Positions 1-13,859 of a stretch of 64,000 bases of DNA are shown piece by piece. The translations under genes were made by a program, and so were the position numbers. The first letter of the stretch is position 1; each line of letters opens with the position of its first letter. The DNA is taken from contig NC_042997.1 of NCBI RefSeq assembly GCF_006345805.1, positions 119,908,001 to 119,972,000 on the forward strand, written 5' to 3'. The DNA is from Octopus sinensis. Lineage: Eukaryota. The notes beneath the pieces were generated by a model. It saw nothing but the letters and a program-made list of their open reading frames with translations, was not told the origin of the DNA and ran no database searches.

Positions 1-241
1 TCTGCCGTTTACAAAACACAATTCCCAGTACTAGGTGCAGAAAGTTTGCTGAGATTTTACTTGAGAACACATCCTTCGTGTTAATGGTGATGGGACGTCT
101 ATGTTTAGCATATAGGCTGTCCAGTTTTAGGGGTCAGTCCTCTAAATTTTGTATGTAAAATAAATTATAATCTTCGGAATTTTTTTAAATATGCTAAGCC
201 ACTGGTTTTAATTGATTAATATCAATTTCTACCCATATTTA

Positions 242-246
<5 letters not shown>

Positions 247-288
<42 letters not shown>

Positions 289-368
289 TATATATGTGTT
301 GTATGAAAAATATATATGTATATGTTCATATATATAAATTTATATATATATAAATGTATATATATATA

Positions 369-428
<60 letters not shown>

Positions 429-434
429 ATATAT
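247..434. repeat. (TA)n microsatellite, imperfect
   Basis: Long alternating AT tract visible directly. Confidence 0.95.
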
Positions 435-655
435 AATTCATAAATAAGGGCAAATCACTGACGAAGGGAGGGTTGTTATAAGCTAACCCTGAAATCGGTC
501 CGATATGGTAATAATGGAATTTTTAGAAATGTCTGTCCAACTTTTTTAGAGTAGCGTGCGTATTGTGAAAACATTATATGGTTAATGGACAATATGTCCA
601 ATTTTTCTGCATATTTGGCATTAGAAAGTTTTTCGTTTGCCCTTATTTATGAATT
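435..655 (+). mobile_element. Short element bounded by a 20-bp inverted repeat and carrying a hammerhead motif (Penelope pseudo-LTR-like end or MITE-like)
   Basis: AATTCATAAATAAGGGCAAA (435-454) is the exact reverse complement of TTTGCCCTTATTTATGAATT (636-655); abuts (TA)n. Confidence 0.55.
454..509 (+). ncRNA. Minimal type I hammerhead ribozyme motif
   Basis: Stem I ATCA/TGGT; core CTGACGA 458-464; stem II AGGG/CCCT; GAAA 491-494; stem III ATCG/CGAT with 3-nt loop; predicted cleavage after A505 (AUA). Confidence 0.65.
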
Positions 656-754
656 GTTTATAATTTTAACCTTTAAAGGTACTTTTAATATGCTGGCCAT
701 TGATAACATTTATTTTGGAAAAGAATTTTTTTCGAAAAAATATTTATCCTAATT

Positions 755-786
<32 letters not shown>

Positions 787-789
<3 letters not shown>

Positions 790-814
790 ATTATTATTAT
801 TATTTTTGTTATTA

Positions 815-896
<82 letters not shown>

Positions 897-925
897 CATT
901 AGTATTATTACTATTATTATCATCA
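787..925. repeat. (ATT)n microsatellite
   Basis: Direct inspection; source of the poly-N ORF 685..990. Confidence 0.95.
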
Positions 926-1998
926 TTTATATGATTGAAGCCACGCATCCATTTCGAAGTAAGTTTATCGGAAAACTTTTGATGTGACACTGTATAGTTT
1001 TGTCTCTTCTTCCACCCTGGTTAACGCAAAACGGAACATCTTGCTAGTTCTTGATATACGCAAAACTGCTTATAACATTTTCGCTGAATCCAAAGTGCAA
1101 ATTCTTCACACATTTTGCTAAAAAAAATTCCACAAGTAATCATAGATATCTCACACAATTCAAATTAAATGTTATTTATGATATGCAGCCTCTTGTACGA
1201 TATGTCAGTTATGATTCGACTAGTCGCTATTCAGTTATTCAATCCTCCTTCAGATATCATACAGCAAAATCTTACGCATAGCCCGCATGAGTTAACTGTA
1301 GTTATTGAATTGAAAATATGTGACGAATTTCCATTCAATTCGTCGTCCCATTATACATCCAATTGCTCAATCACCATCTCACTCACTCCATTTCACTATC
1401 ACATTTCCCTCCTTCCCTCTCTCTCTCATGCTCTTGCTGTCTTTGTATTCAATCATCACCCAATGCCGAATTCAATGTGGGAAGGAAGTTGATGTTGCAA
1501 TTTGTGTAAGAATACAAACGTTCTTGCAGTTTGTGTAGCACGCTGAATCACATTCCTTTCTCAATGACCATAAGTACCTTTCTTCAGAACCTAAGCCAAC
1601 TGTAGACTTACTATACAATCCTACGTCAGTTGCCAGTGGACGCAGGTATTAGGGATATTCCGTAAAAAATCAATTGTGTTGCTATACATGCAATCTTTCT
1701 GAAATAAACATCTCGAGAAAGGCCACAAACACAGTCCAGGATGCAGCCCATATGTGAGATTCTCTTTGAAGTTGGCTGATATTTTCCATACACCACTCAG
1801 CCTTTCCGAATTAACCTTTATTTCTTCCACGTGTAACACTCATTTTATCAAATTCATACAAAGATTTACTCCTTGAACTTTTCTAACCAGAATATCTGTT
1901 GTTGTCACCTTCTACCCGACTGACCTTTCCCGCAATTGGTCGATATTTGATCAGGATATTAACTGCTTCAATCTCACCGGTCGCAGAATGAAAGGACT

Positions 1999-2393
1999 AC
2001 TTGAGCTTACAGATTAGTAAATATAAAGACCTGCTAATAGAAATTGAAAAAATGTGGCATCACAAGGCGACTACGGTGCCAGTGATTGTAGGATCTTTAG
2101 GAATGCTAAAAAAAAAAGTTACTGAGACCTATTTGTACATGATACCAGGCTTACCATCCCTACAGATAGTGCAAAAATCGTATTAATTGGAACGACTCAT
2201 GTACTGAGAAAAGCATTATCGCTGTGAAAACAACATCCATTCATGAATTTATTTATTTATTAATTTTTTAAATACATACTTTACCTGTGAATTTGCGTGT
2301 GTAATCAGCGAATGCATACAATGAGCTTCTCTGCCCTAGGTGCATGGAAAACACTCGGCGAGAAACGGAAGAAAATTTGAAATAAAGAAGAAA
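1999..2393 (+). mobile_element. R4/Dong-clade non-LTR retrotransposon, 3' fragment (RLE C-terminus plus 3'UTR)
   Basis: Translation SKYKDLLIEIEKMW...VPVIVGSLGM matches the C-terminus of the long copy at 8267-8953; 3'UTR ends in (AAT)n. Confidence 0.85.
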
Positions 2394-2413
2394 TAATAAT
2401 AATAATAATAATA

Positions 2414-2464
<51 letters not shown>

Positions 2465-2466
2465 TA

Positions 2467-2924
<458 letters not shown>

Positions 2925-2960
2925 TAATAATATATAATAATAATAATAATAATAACAATA

Positions 2961-2999
<39 letters not shown>

Positions 3000-3019
3000 T
3001 AATAATAATAATAATAATA

Positions 3020-3438
<419 letters not shown>

Positions 3439-3462
3439 TGATGATAATGATGATGATGATGA

Positions 3463-4142
3463 TGTGCGTGACATGGTGATCTCATATCAAGCTAAACAGC
3501 ACATGACCTTGCAGGTGGGGCCCAGTTAGAATTTTCTTCTGAGCGAGGAACCCATCCCGCTCAAAACGTCCCTGAATAAAGGTTGTTTAAGGATGTTGAA
3601 CGAAACACCCATGTTTCCAAATGTGAATTATTAAAACCCCAAAGAATCCCTCTCAACACGTGGCTATGATGCTCCCCCACTACTTCTACTCGTGATCAGA
3701 GTTGCACATGCTGTAAGCCACAGAGGGACGTGCTCAACTGGTTAAGGTCAAACAACTGACAAACAATTCTGTGATATTGAGCAGAATATTTGCTGTAGCC
3801 CACCTTTTATACCTACAGCAAATATTCTGCTCAATACCACAGATTTGGTGTTTTAATAATTCACCCCTGGAAACATGGGTGTTTCGTTCAACAGCCTTAA
3901 ACAACCCTTATTCAGGGACCTTTTGAGCGGGATGTGATTCTCGACAGAAGAAAATTCTAACTGGGCCCCACCTGCAAGGTCAAGTGCTGTTTATCTAGAT
4001 ATGAGATCACCATGTCACGCACATATGGTTTCGATGCATGTGCCTAGTGTACGCTTATCAGACGTGTAGTCAGAGATAGGTACACTGGGCTTTGTATAGC
4101 TTACCCCAGTGTCAATTTGATGGCATGCACTGCACTCTCAGT
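3463..4142. mobile_element. Inverted pair of the ~550-bp (TAA)n-associated non-autonomous element (reverse copy about 3463-3812, forward copy about 3813-4142)
   Basis: Both halves match 17289-17843; GAGCAGAATATTTGCTGTAG and CTACAGCAAATATTCTGCTC form a perfect 20-bp inverted repeat near the centre. Confidence 0.85.
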
Positions 4143-4172
4143 CAATAATAATAATAATGTTAATAATAATAA

Positions 4173-4225
<53 letters not shown>

Positions 4226-4229
4226 ATAT

Positions 4230-4260
<31 letters not shown>

Positions 4261-4316
4261 AATAATAATAATGATATAATAATAATAATAATAATAATAA
4301 TAAAATAATAATAATA

Positions 4317-4371
<55 letters not shown>

Positions 4372-4377
<6 letters not shown>

Positions 4378-4418
4378 CGGCAAGAAATGGAAGCAAATTT
4401 GAAAGAAGAAAAAAAAAG
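4372..4418 (+). mobile_element. Extreme 3' tip of R4/Dong family A inside (AAT)n
   Basis: ACACTCGGCAAGAAATGGAAGCAAATTTGAAAGAAG(A)nG matches the end of the 5157-9126 element. Confidence 0.8.
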
Positions 4419-4441
4419 TAATAATAATAATAATAATAATA

Positions 4442-4486
<45 letters not shown>

Positions 4487-4932
4487 TAATAATAATAATA
4501 ACTGGACATACAAACATCTCTAGAAAAGTTAACTTCAACCTCCACAATATTACCTTACAGGAAATATACAAACACTTTTTATTGCAATAACACAAACGCA
4601 CATGGAAAAAAACAAAAAAAAATGATGATGCTAAGATTCTCTCTGGTCGAACACAACTTCTCTATTCACAAACAATACAGAACAGCCCTTCCTTTATTTT
4701 TCTTAAGCCTAATAGTAGTAGACATCTGAACTTTCTTTGACCGATAGGACCCCACCTAAAAAAAAAAAAAATATCACTGATGGTGATGGTGATGATGGTG
4801 ATGAGGATAATAATGATAGTAATAGTGCTGATAATCTATCTATCTATCTACACACACACACACTCAAAGAGTTCAACCAACACAAAGAAAGTATTATTTG
4901 ACAGGCAAGAACTCTGGTGTTGAAGACAGTCA

Positions 4933-4990
4933 GCCAGCCAACCACCAAGCCAGCCAACCACCAAGCCAGCCAACCACCAAGCCAGCCAAC
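4933..4990. repeat. 16-bp minisatellite GCCAGCCAACCACCAA x3.6
   Basis: Copies at 4933, 4949, 4965 and a partial copy at 4981. Confidence 0.9.
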
Positions 4991-5156
4991 GAGACAGACA
5001 GATACTACTGTGATGGTGATAATGATAAAAAAAAACAAAAATAACAATAATAAGATACTGCTGTGACTACACATAAAACAATATCATTGATGATGATGGT
5101 AATGGTGGTGATAATGATGATAGTGATGGTAATGGTGATGATAATAACAATAATAA

Positions 5157-8100
5157 GCCGACTGCGGCTGCTATAATGGTACGATTATAATTGTAACGGC
5201 AATGATGGCCGTCTCCCCACGAGCCAATCAAAGCTGAAAAATGATAACATTATCGTAGCACCAAAATGTTTTTGGAAACTAAAAGGAAAACTAAATCAGT
5301 ATACCAAATCGCTTGTCCTATGGTTAATCTGGAAGCGCGTCCCCCAGGGAAGAGCCAGCCTGGGATCGAAAAGTCATCAACTGGCAGAAACTCTTCTCCG
5401 AATACGGACTTGGATGGTCACTTGAACGGGAAATCCCCCAACTCGAGCCCTCCAAGTTCACCACCACAACCACAACAGAAAGAAAAATGTAAGCGGAACA
5501 AATGGACCCGAGAGGAGTATAAAGAAGTAATATACGCTTATTACTATGCATTAGGTAGGCCATCTCAAGAGAGACACACCGCAAACTCTTACAGTATATG
5601 GAGAACACGGAATCAAGACAGTAGGCCCTATTTGGACGAGAACAAATTAGCAAATGTGAGGAGGGATATCCTTAGAAATAACAGACTCACAGACAGTGAA
5701 AGAAGCGCGATCAAGCACGCAACGGAAAATGACATAAATATAAGACACAAAGGAAATGAAGAATCAGATGAACAGTATAGCCCGCCACGAGGCTTAATTG
5801 AAAGACTGCCATCTGACCAAAGTACGCAAAGGCCTGAAGATACAAGAAATTCTATTGTACCTGTTAAAGATAGCCAGGAAAACGAAAAAACAACAGTAAC
5901 TGAAGGTCTCGCATTTGCTGAAGAACACAGAGAGTCTATGGCAGAAATGAGGCAGAAAATCCTGAATACGCTTGAAGTTGTAAGACATACAAGTATGAAT
6001 GATAGAGAACCACTTCATAAACTCTCAAATACAAACCAAAATAAAAAACAAATCCAAATTGGCAACTATGTAACAAATGAAATAATACGAGAATTAAACC
6101 TGATTTTACTGAGTTAAATGAAATTATTTACGCTTCTGCTAGAGCAATTGAAACCAGCTGTATGCCCCCGAAAAAACAAAGAAAACAAAACCTGGGAAGA
6201 AATCAAACCTGGAGAAGTAAAATTGAAAAAGAGATTGAATTTATGAGAGGGGAAATATCAATATTAAATGAACTAATATGTGGAAATGATGTAAGATCCA
6301 GAACAGGAAGAAAGATGAAGAGAAAATTTGGATCCTCACCAAGAGAAGAACTGATATCAATAAAAGAAACGCTGAAACAAAAAGTCCAAGCAAAAGCCCA
6401 AAGAATACGAAGATTTCAGAAGAGAAACAAGTTTTACAAGCAAAATAAGCTGTTCACATCCAATGCCAAAAACTTCTACAGAGAAATAGGGAAGGAGAAA
6501 GTAACCGTTAAAGACCCCCCTGCCATAGAAGAAGTTCAAAACTTTTGGAAAAGGATTTGGAGTGACAAGAAGACGTACAACATAAATGCAGACTGGATTA
6601 TACAAACTGAAGGATCCTACCAAAATTTACAACAACAAGCATGGGAAGACATCACAATAGCAGACCTAAGAAAGGCACTCACGAAGGCCCATAATTGGAA
6701 ATCCCCCGGTAAAGATAGGGTGCCGAATTTCTGGCTCGCATCGCTCCCATGCGCACACGGTAAGCTAGTTTAGTTGCTCAATGGAATTATGAGAGACCCA
6801 AAGAAAACACCTGAATGGTTAGCAAGTGGCATTACTTACCTACTCCCAAAGAATAACGAAACCAACCTTCCAAAAAACTATCGGCCTATAACCTGTCTAT
6901 CCACCACGTATAAAATCCTAACATCTATCCTGGCGGAGAAAACATATGCATTCATGGAGAAGAACGATATTTTCCCCATTGAACAAAAAGGGTGCCGCCG
7001 AGGCTCTTACGGATGCAAAGATCAACTGCTAATCAATCGTATGATCCTTGAGAACTGTCACAACAAGCGCAGAAATCTCAGCACCGCATGGATTGACTAC
7101 AAAAAGGCCTTCGACAGTATACCGCATCCATGGATCTTGAGATCGCTGGACATCTTCAAAATTTCCCCTGTGATCTCAAACTTCCTGAAGCACAATATGT
7201 CGTTGTGGAATACGAATCTCCAATTATACCACTCTAATGGAGTACTTGCCTCAGAAAATATAAACATCAACTGAGGAATTTTTCAAGGTGACTCACTTTC
7301 ACCTTTAATATTCTGCATAGCCCTAATACCCCTTACAAGTGAATTAAACAGAACAGGGTATGGGTATAAAATTGCCAATAAAAAAATAAGCCATCTATTT
7401 TATATGGATGACTTAAAACTTTATGGTAAAGACAATAATGAACTTGAAGGCCTATTGCGCACCGTGAAAGCATTCAGCGATGACATCGGGATGGAGTTTG
7501 GACTTGAGAAGTGTGCCAAGGCCACTTTCCAGAAAGGGAAAGTGAAGACCACAAATTCAGTCGTGTTAGATGTTGACACAGTCATAAGAGAGCTTGAGCA
7601 AGAACAAACATACAAATAGTTAGGGATAAATGAAGGCTCTGGTATTCAGCATGCAAGCATGAAAGAGAAAATCAGGAAGGAATGTTATAGGAGAGTTCGT
7701 GCAGTCCTGAAATCTGAACTAAATGCACGTAACAAGGTGTTAGCTATAAATTCCTTAGCAGTTCCAGTTGTTACTTATAGCTACAATGTGTTGAACTGGA
7801 ATATGAGTGAAGTAAAGAATATAGATAGAAAAATACGCAAGCTGCTGAGTTGTAATAGGATGCACCACCCAAAGGCAGACGTAGATCGCCTTTACCTTCC
7901 CAGAGCCCAAGGAGGTCGAGGCCTGATCCAATTTGAACTAGCTTACAAAACAACCACAATTGGACTGGCCAAATATCTCGAAATATCGAATGACTGGATG
8001 CTAAAGCTCGTGGAAAATCACGAGAGACGAAAGAAGCTTCATTCTATCATAAAGGAAACCAAAAAAATTTGCTATTGATCTCGTGCAGGATACCCAAACT

Positions 8101-9126
8101 GAACAACCCGAGGGAAGTACGGCAACTATTGTTGCAAAAAGGTGAAAATGATGGCAATGAAGAAAGCGCACGAGCAATTGGCTGATAGGTGGGAGGAGAA
8201 ACCTCTGCACGGCAAATATGTGACCCGCAGCAAACAAGCTGATGTTGACCAGAAGCAAACCCATCAGTGGCTACGGAGCTCAGGGCTAAAAGCAGAGAGC
8301 GAAGGTTTCATCCTGGCTGCTCAAGATCAAAGCCTATTACCCGGAACTACCAGGCCAATGTGATGAAAAATGGAGCAGACCCAAAATGCCGATTCCGCAA
8401 CGACATGATTGAAACAGTGGACCACCTAATCTCTGGATGTAAAGTCTTAGCACCAGTGGAGTATAAATTAAGACATGACAGAGTTGGCCAATATCTCCAC
8501 TGGCTAATAAGTCGGCATTACAATATCAAAACTGCCGACAAGTGGTATAATCACCACCCTGAGGCTGTAACTGAAGGAGAAAATGTAACCATTCTGTGGG
8601 ACTTTCCAGTACATACAGACCGAACCATCAAGGCCAATAAACCAGATATTGTTGTGAAAGACCAAAACAATAAAGTTTGCTTATTGATCGACATGAGCAT
8701 CCCCTGTGATCATAATATCTCAGCGAAAGAGTTTGACAAGCTCAGAAAATATAAAGACCTACTCATTGAAATTGAGAAAATGTGGCATCTCAAGGCGGTT
8801 ACAATACCAGTGATCGTAGGAGCACTAGGAATGATCAAGAAGGGAACCGAAACTTATATGAGAATGATCTCTTGCTTACCATCCCTGCAAGAAGTGCAAA
8901 AGATTGTCTTAACTCGTACATCACACGTGTTGAGAAGAGCATTGTCGATGTGAGAACTGTTGCTGCTCATGTATTTTAATTTAACTTAAAAAAAAAAAAA
9001 AAAAAATGAACGAACTTCTGAGTTTGGTTTAATGGCCTACCAATGAATACTATGAGTTTCTTTGCCCTACGAGTCGGGAAGACACTCGGCAAGAAATGGA
9101 AGCAAATTTGAAAGAAGAAAAAAAAG
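5157..9126 (+). mobile_element. Near-full-length R4/Dong-clade non-LTR retrotransposon (RT, CCHC knuckle, RLE), ORF 5266-8953 disrupted
   Basis: RT motifs [31 protein letters not shown]; knuckle CRF(R)N..ETVDHLISGC; RLE motifs RHD, KPDIVV, IDMSIP, KLRKY; in-frame stops at 6771, 7272 and 7617 plus frameshifts; ends in A-tract, G, then (TAA)n. 5' end approximate. Confidence 0.9.
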
Positions 9127-9143
9127 TAATAATAATAATAATA

Positions 9144-9198
<55 letters not shown>

Positions 9199-11340
9199 TC
9201 CCTAATGAACAGAAAGGTTGTAAACCTGGATCCTATGGTTGTAAAGATCAACTACTCATCAATAAGATGATCTTAGAAGATTGTCACAAACGACACAAAA
9301 ACTTGTCAATAACCTGGATAGACTATAAAAAGGCTTTTGATAGCCTACCACATAGCTGGATTAAGAAATGCCTGAAAATGTATAAAATAGCACCTACTCT
9401 GCGAAACTTTTTGTCAGTAAGCATGAGATCATAGAGAACCACATTAATTTTAACAGCGACAATGAATCTCTAAATGCTGGTAATGAAGAATTTCATGTGG
9501 CATTTTCCAGGGTGACGCACTATCACCACTCCTCTTTTGTTTAGCCTTAATACCTCTCTTAAAACTGCTCAATGACGCGCAGTACGGATATAAAATGTTT
9601 GATAAAAATATAAATCATCACATTTACATGGGTGATTTAAAGCTCTTTGCAAAAAATGACCAACAACTCAAGGGCTTACTAGCGATTCTTAAACAATTCA
9701 GTGATGACATCAGAATGCAATTTGGCCTCGATAAATGTGCAAAAGCTACATTTATCAAAGGAAAAATGACAGAAGCATCTAACGTTAACCTTGACCAGCA
9801 GATTGTCATAAAGGAACTTGACCCAGCAGAGAGCTACAAGTACCTAGGGGTAATTGAAGGGGACGGAATAAGGCATTCAGTGATGGAGGAAAGGATCAGG
9901 AGAGAATGTTATCGCAGAATGCGAGAAAGAGGCCCGAAGCGATCAATGCTTTAGCCATACCAGTCGTGACTTACAGTTTCAATATCGTTAACTGGTCAAT
10001 TACTGAAATATGTAATCTTGACAGAAAAATACGAAACCTGTTGACAATGCATAGAATGCACCACTCTAAGGCAGATATAGAACGACATTATCTGCCAAGA
10101 AAAGAGGGAGACCGTGGTCTTTTGCAACTGGCAATAACAATGAAGATTGCTACAATTGGCCTAGACACCTACCTGAAAAACTCTGAGGACTGGATGTTAA
10201 AACTTGTCTCAAAACATGAAAACAAGAAAGCATCATACTCAGTCACAAAACAGGCAAAGGAATATCTAAGTGAATTCCGAATACAACAAATTTCGGAATT
10301 AGACATACAAGAAACAAGCATAGAAAAAGCTAGGCGCATGAAAACCCGTGCTAAAACTGCTGCCTTAGATATTCTGAATGATAAATGGCAAGAAAAACCT
10401 CACTATGGCAAATACCCAAAGAGAGCGAATAATGCAGATGTTGACAAAGCCCTGACCCATCAATGGCTAATGGCCTCTGGTTTAGAATCTGAAACAGAAA
10501 GGTTTATCATAGCAGCTCAAGATCAATGCCTACCAACAAGGAACTACCAGGCCAACATATTAAAGATCGGCAGTAACCCAACATGTCGTGTATGTCAACA
10601 ACAAAATGAATCCATTGATCATGTTGTCTCCAAGTGCTGTCTTCTAGCGCCTACAGAGTATCTCAACAGGCATGATAGTGCTGCACAATATATTGACTGG
10701 GTAATCTGCAAAAACCTGGATTTGCCCCATGAAATAACTGGTGGAAACACAAACAACCTCCAGTTCTTCAAAATGATCACATCTCACTCCTCTGGAAATT
10801 CCCCATTCAAACTGACAGAAAGATAGCTGCAAGTAGCCTAGACATCATATAGAAAGAGTTCAAACAAAGAACATGCATCCTCATGGATATGACTGTCCCA
10901 ATCGGTATAAACGTATCTGTCAAGACCTACCAAAACTGAGCAAATATAAAGATCTTGAAATAGAAATCAGCAAAATGTAGAACCTGAAGACTAAAACATT
11001 ATCTGTTGTCATAGGTGCCCTGGGAATGATAACAAAATGGGCTGATCGCTACCTAACTCATATACCAGGAAACCTCCAAATGGCAGAAATTCAAAAGATA
11101 GTGCTCATAGGAAGTGCTCATATCCTACGCAAAATACTTTCTATATAATCTCAAGTTTTAAAACAAACATAATTTTCGTTTATTTTGTTAGACATTCACT
11201 AGTACAACACTAAATACAAAATCAAATATATGGCACACTAGACATAAAAACAACACGAACTTCCAACCTGTTGTCTCTTGAGGTCTCTGGGTGAGACTTG
11301 GAGCCAACTTGTACAAATATAAAGCAAAAGTCAAACATAG
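9199..11340 (+). mobile_element. R4/Dong family B, 5'-truncated and degenerate
   Basis: [37 protein letters not shown]...[18 protein letters not shown]; (AAT)n on both flanks. Confidence 0.88.
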
Positions 11341-11371
11341 AATAATAATAATGATAATGATAATAATAATG

Positions 11372-11413
<42 letters not shown>

Positions 11414-11454
11414 GTAGTAATAATAATAATAATAATTATAATAATAATAATAAT

Positions 11455-11539
<85 letters not shown>

Positions 11540-11540
11540 G

Positions 11541-12033
11541 TAACTGATTGGAAGTCTTATCATGTACATTGTTTTGTCTTGGTATAAATGATGGGCTACA
11601 GCAAATATTCTGCTCAATACCACAGATCTGCTTGTCAGTTGGTTGACTTTAACCCGTTGCTGATGATATGTGCATCTCTGATCACGAGCAGAAGTAGCGG
11701 GGGAGCATCATAGCCGTGCGTTGAAAGGAATTCTTGGAGATTTGGATAATTCACCTTTGGAAACATTGGTGCTTCCTTTAACATCCTTAAACAACCTTTA
11801 TTCAAGGATCTTTTAAGCGATATGGTCTATTCGACCAGCCGAAAATTGTAACTGGGCCCCACCTGCAAGGTCATGCGCTCTTTATCCTGATATATTATCA
11901 CCTTGTCGTGCACATATGGTTTTGAGGCATGTGCATAGTGTACCCTTATCAGACGGGTAGTCATGATGGATATACTGGGCTTCGTATATGTTTCCCCAGA
12001 GTCACTTTGATGGCATGCACTGCTTTCTTACTC
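11541..12033 (+). mobile_element. (TAA)n-associated non-autonomous element, 5'-truncated
   Basis: Homologous to 17289-17843; same 3' end ...CTC then (AAT)n. Confidence 0.85.
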
Positions 12034-12089
12034 AATAATAATAATAATGAAGAAAATTATGAAAATTATTTTTAAAATTATGAAGAAAA

Positions 12090-12254
12090 TTATAACTAGT
12101 CCCCACCTGAAAAACCAAGTGCTGCTTATCTTCATATGATTGTGATGCATTTGCCTGGTATACCCTTATCAGACGGGCAGTCATGATGTGTATACTGGGC
12201 TTAGGTATAATTTACCCCAGTGTCTGTTCGATGGCATACACTACCCTCTTTCTC

Positions 12255-12256
<2 letters not shown>
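12090..12256 (+). mobile_element. (TAA)n-associated non-autonomous element, 3' fragment
   Basis: CCCCACCTG...TACCCTTATCAGACGGG...GATGGCAT matches the 3' part of 17289-17843. Confidence 0.75.
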
Positions 12257-12297
<41 letters not shown>

Positions 12298-12298
12298 T

Positions 12299-13564
12299 TG
12301 AACTGACCAAAATGAACTGACCAAAATAGATAGGAAAACAAGAAAAATAATGACAGGATCTAGGATGCATCACCCAAAATCTGACATAGAAAGACTATAT
12401 ATACAACGTATAGAAGGTGGTAGAGGCCTTATACAGCTGGAAAACTACTATAAAATAACCACCACAGGACTGCAAAAATATCTCCTTCAGAAGGAAGGAA
12501 AACTGATCCAGATAGCGGCAAAACACGAGCAAAACAAAAAAACTGTTCTCAGTATTTAAGGAAGCTGACAAATACAAACAAGAAATCATACCACCTAATA
12601 AACATGAAGAAGAAGAAGAAGATGAAGAAACAACAAAAGCTATAAAACAAATGAAATCCAAACTAAAAATAGAACAGCAACGAACCATGATAAAACGATG
12701 GCAAGAAAAGCCCCTTCATGGTAAATACTGCACTAAACTAAACGCAAAAGAAATAGACAAAGAAAAATCCCAGCAATGGTTGAGAAGCTCAGGACTCAAA
12801 GCAGAAACAGAGGGATTTTTAATTGCAGCACAAGACCAAAGCCTCCCCACCAGAAATTACCAAAAACATGTAATGAAAAGAAATATTACAAGTAACTGCA
12901 GAATATGTGGAGATGGACAAGAAACAATAAATCATATTATCTCTAGCTGCCCAGTCTTGGCTAAGAAGGAATATATTCACAGACATGACAGAGTTGGAAC
13001 CTACATACATTGGAAGCTATGCCAACATTATGGAATAACAACAGAAAAAAGATGGTATAGGCACACACCAGAAAAGGTCACAGAAAACGAGAAAGCAACC
13101 ATACTCTGGGATATGCCGATACACACAGATAGAGAAATTAAGGCCAACAGACCAGATATAGTTGTCAGAGATCATGAAGAAAAAAAATGCTTTCTAATTG
13201 ATGTATCAATACCGGCTGATGACAACGTGTCTCTAAAAGAAATGGAGAAACTCTCAAAATACAAAGACCTGGAAATAGAGGTAACTAGAATGTGGAATCT
13301 GAAAACAGAAACAATTCCTATCATAGTAGGTGCAGTAGGCATGATAAAAAAATATTCAGACAAATACATAACAAAAACACCAGGACTTACAAACACATAT
13401 AACATACAGAAAATTGCACTACTAGGCACTGCACACATCTTACGCAGAACACTTTCCATAAAATAACCATCAGAGCATCACAACAAATCACAGCACATAC
13501 CCAAGGCACACAGAGCTGTGCTCGGTAGTGAAGTGAAAGCACACTATAAAAATAAAACTACTGG
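12299..13564 (+). mobile_element. R4/Dong family C, 5'-truncated (knuckle, RLE, 3'UTR)
   Basis: ORF 12651-13466: CRICGDGQETINHIISSC, RHD, RPDIVV, IDVSIP, KLSKY; flanked by (AAT)n. Confidence 0.9.
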
Positions 13565-13619
<55 letters not shown>

Positions 13620-13726
13620 TAATAATAATAATAATAATAATAATAATTACAATAATAATAATAAATAATAATAATAATAATAATATTAATTATAATAATA
13701 ATAATAATATAATAATAATAATAAAA

Positions 13727-13813
13727 GCATATGTCTGGTGTTATGATGGGTATATTGGGCTTTGTATATTTTACCCCAGTGTCACTTTGATGGCATGCAC
13801 TGCTCTCTCACTC
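13727..13813 (+). mobile_element. (TAA)n-associated non-autonomous element, 3' tip
   Basis: Matches the last ~90 nt of 17289-17843; between (AAT)n tracts. Confidence 0.75.

Positions 13814-13859
<46 letters not shown>

Noticed and set aside
1050-1990. Moderately complex sequence with 70-107 aa ORFs, possibly an old transposase or exon
   Set aside because: No recognisable motif in any frame I translated, and frames are broken by stops; left unassigned pending tBLASTx.
4502-4600. Possible R4 C-terminal remnant (HNITLQEIYKHFLL)
   Set aside because: Similarity too short and weak to call.
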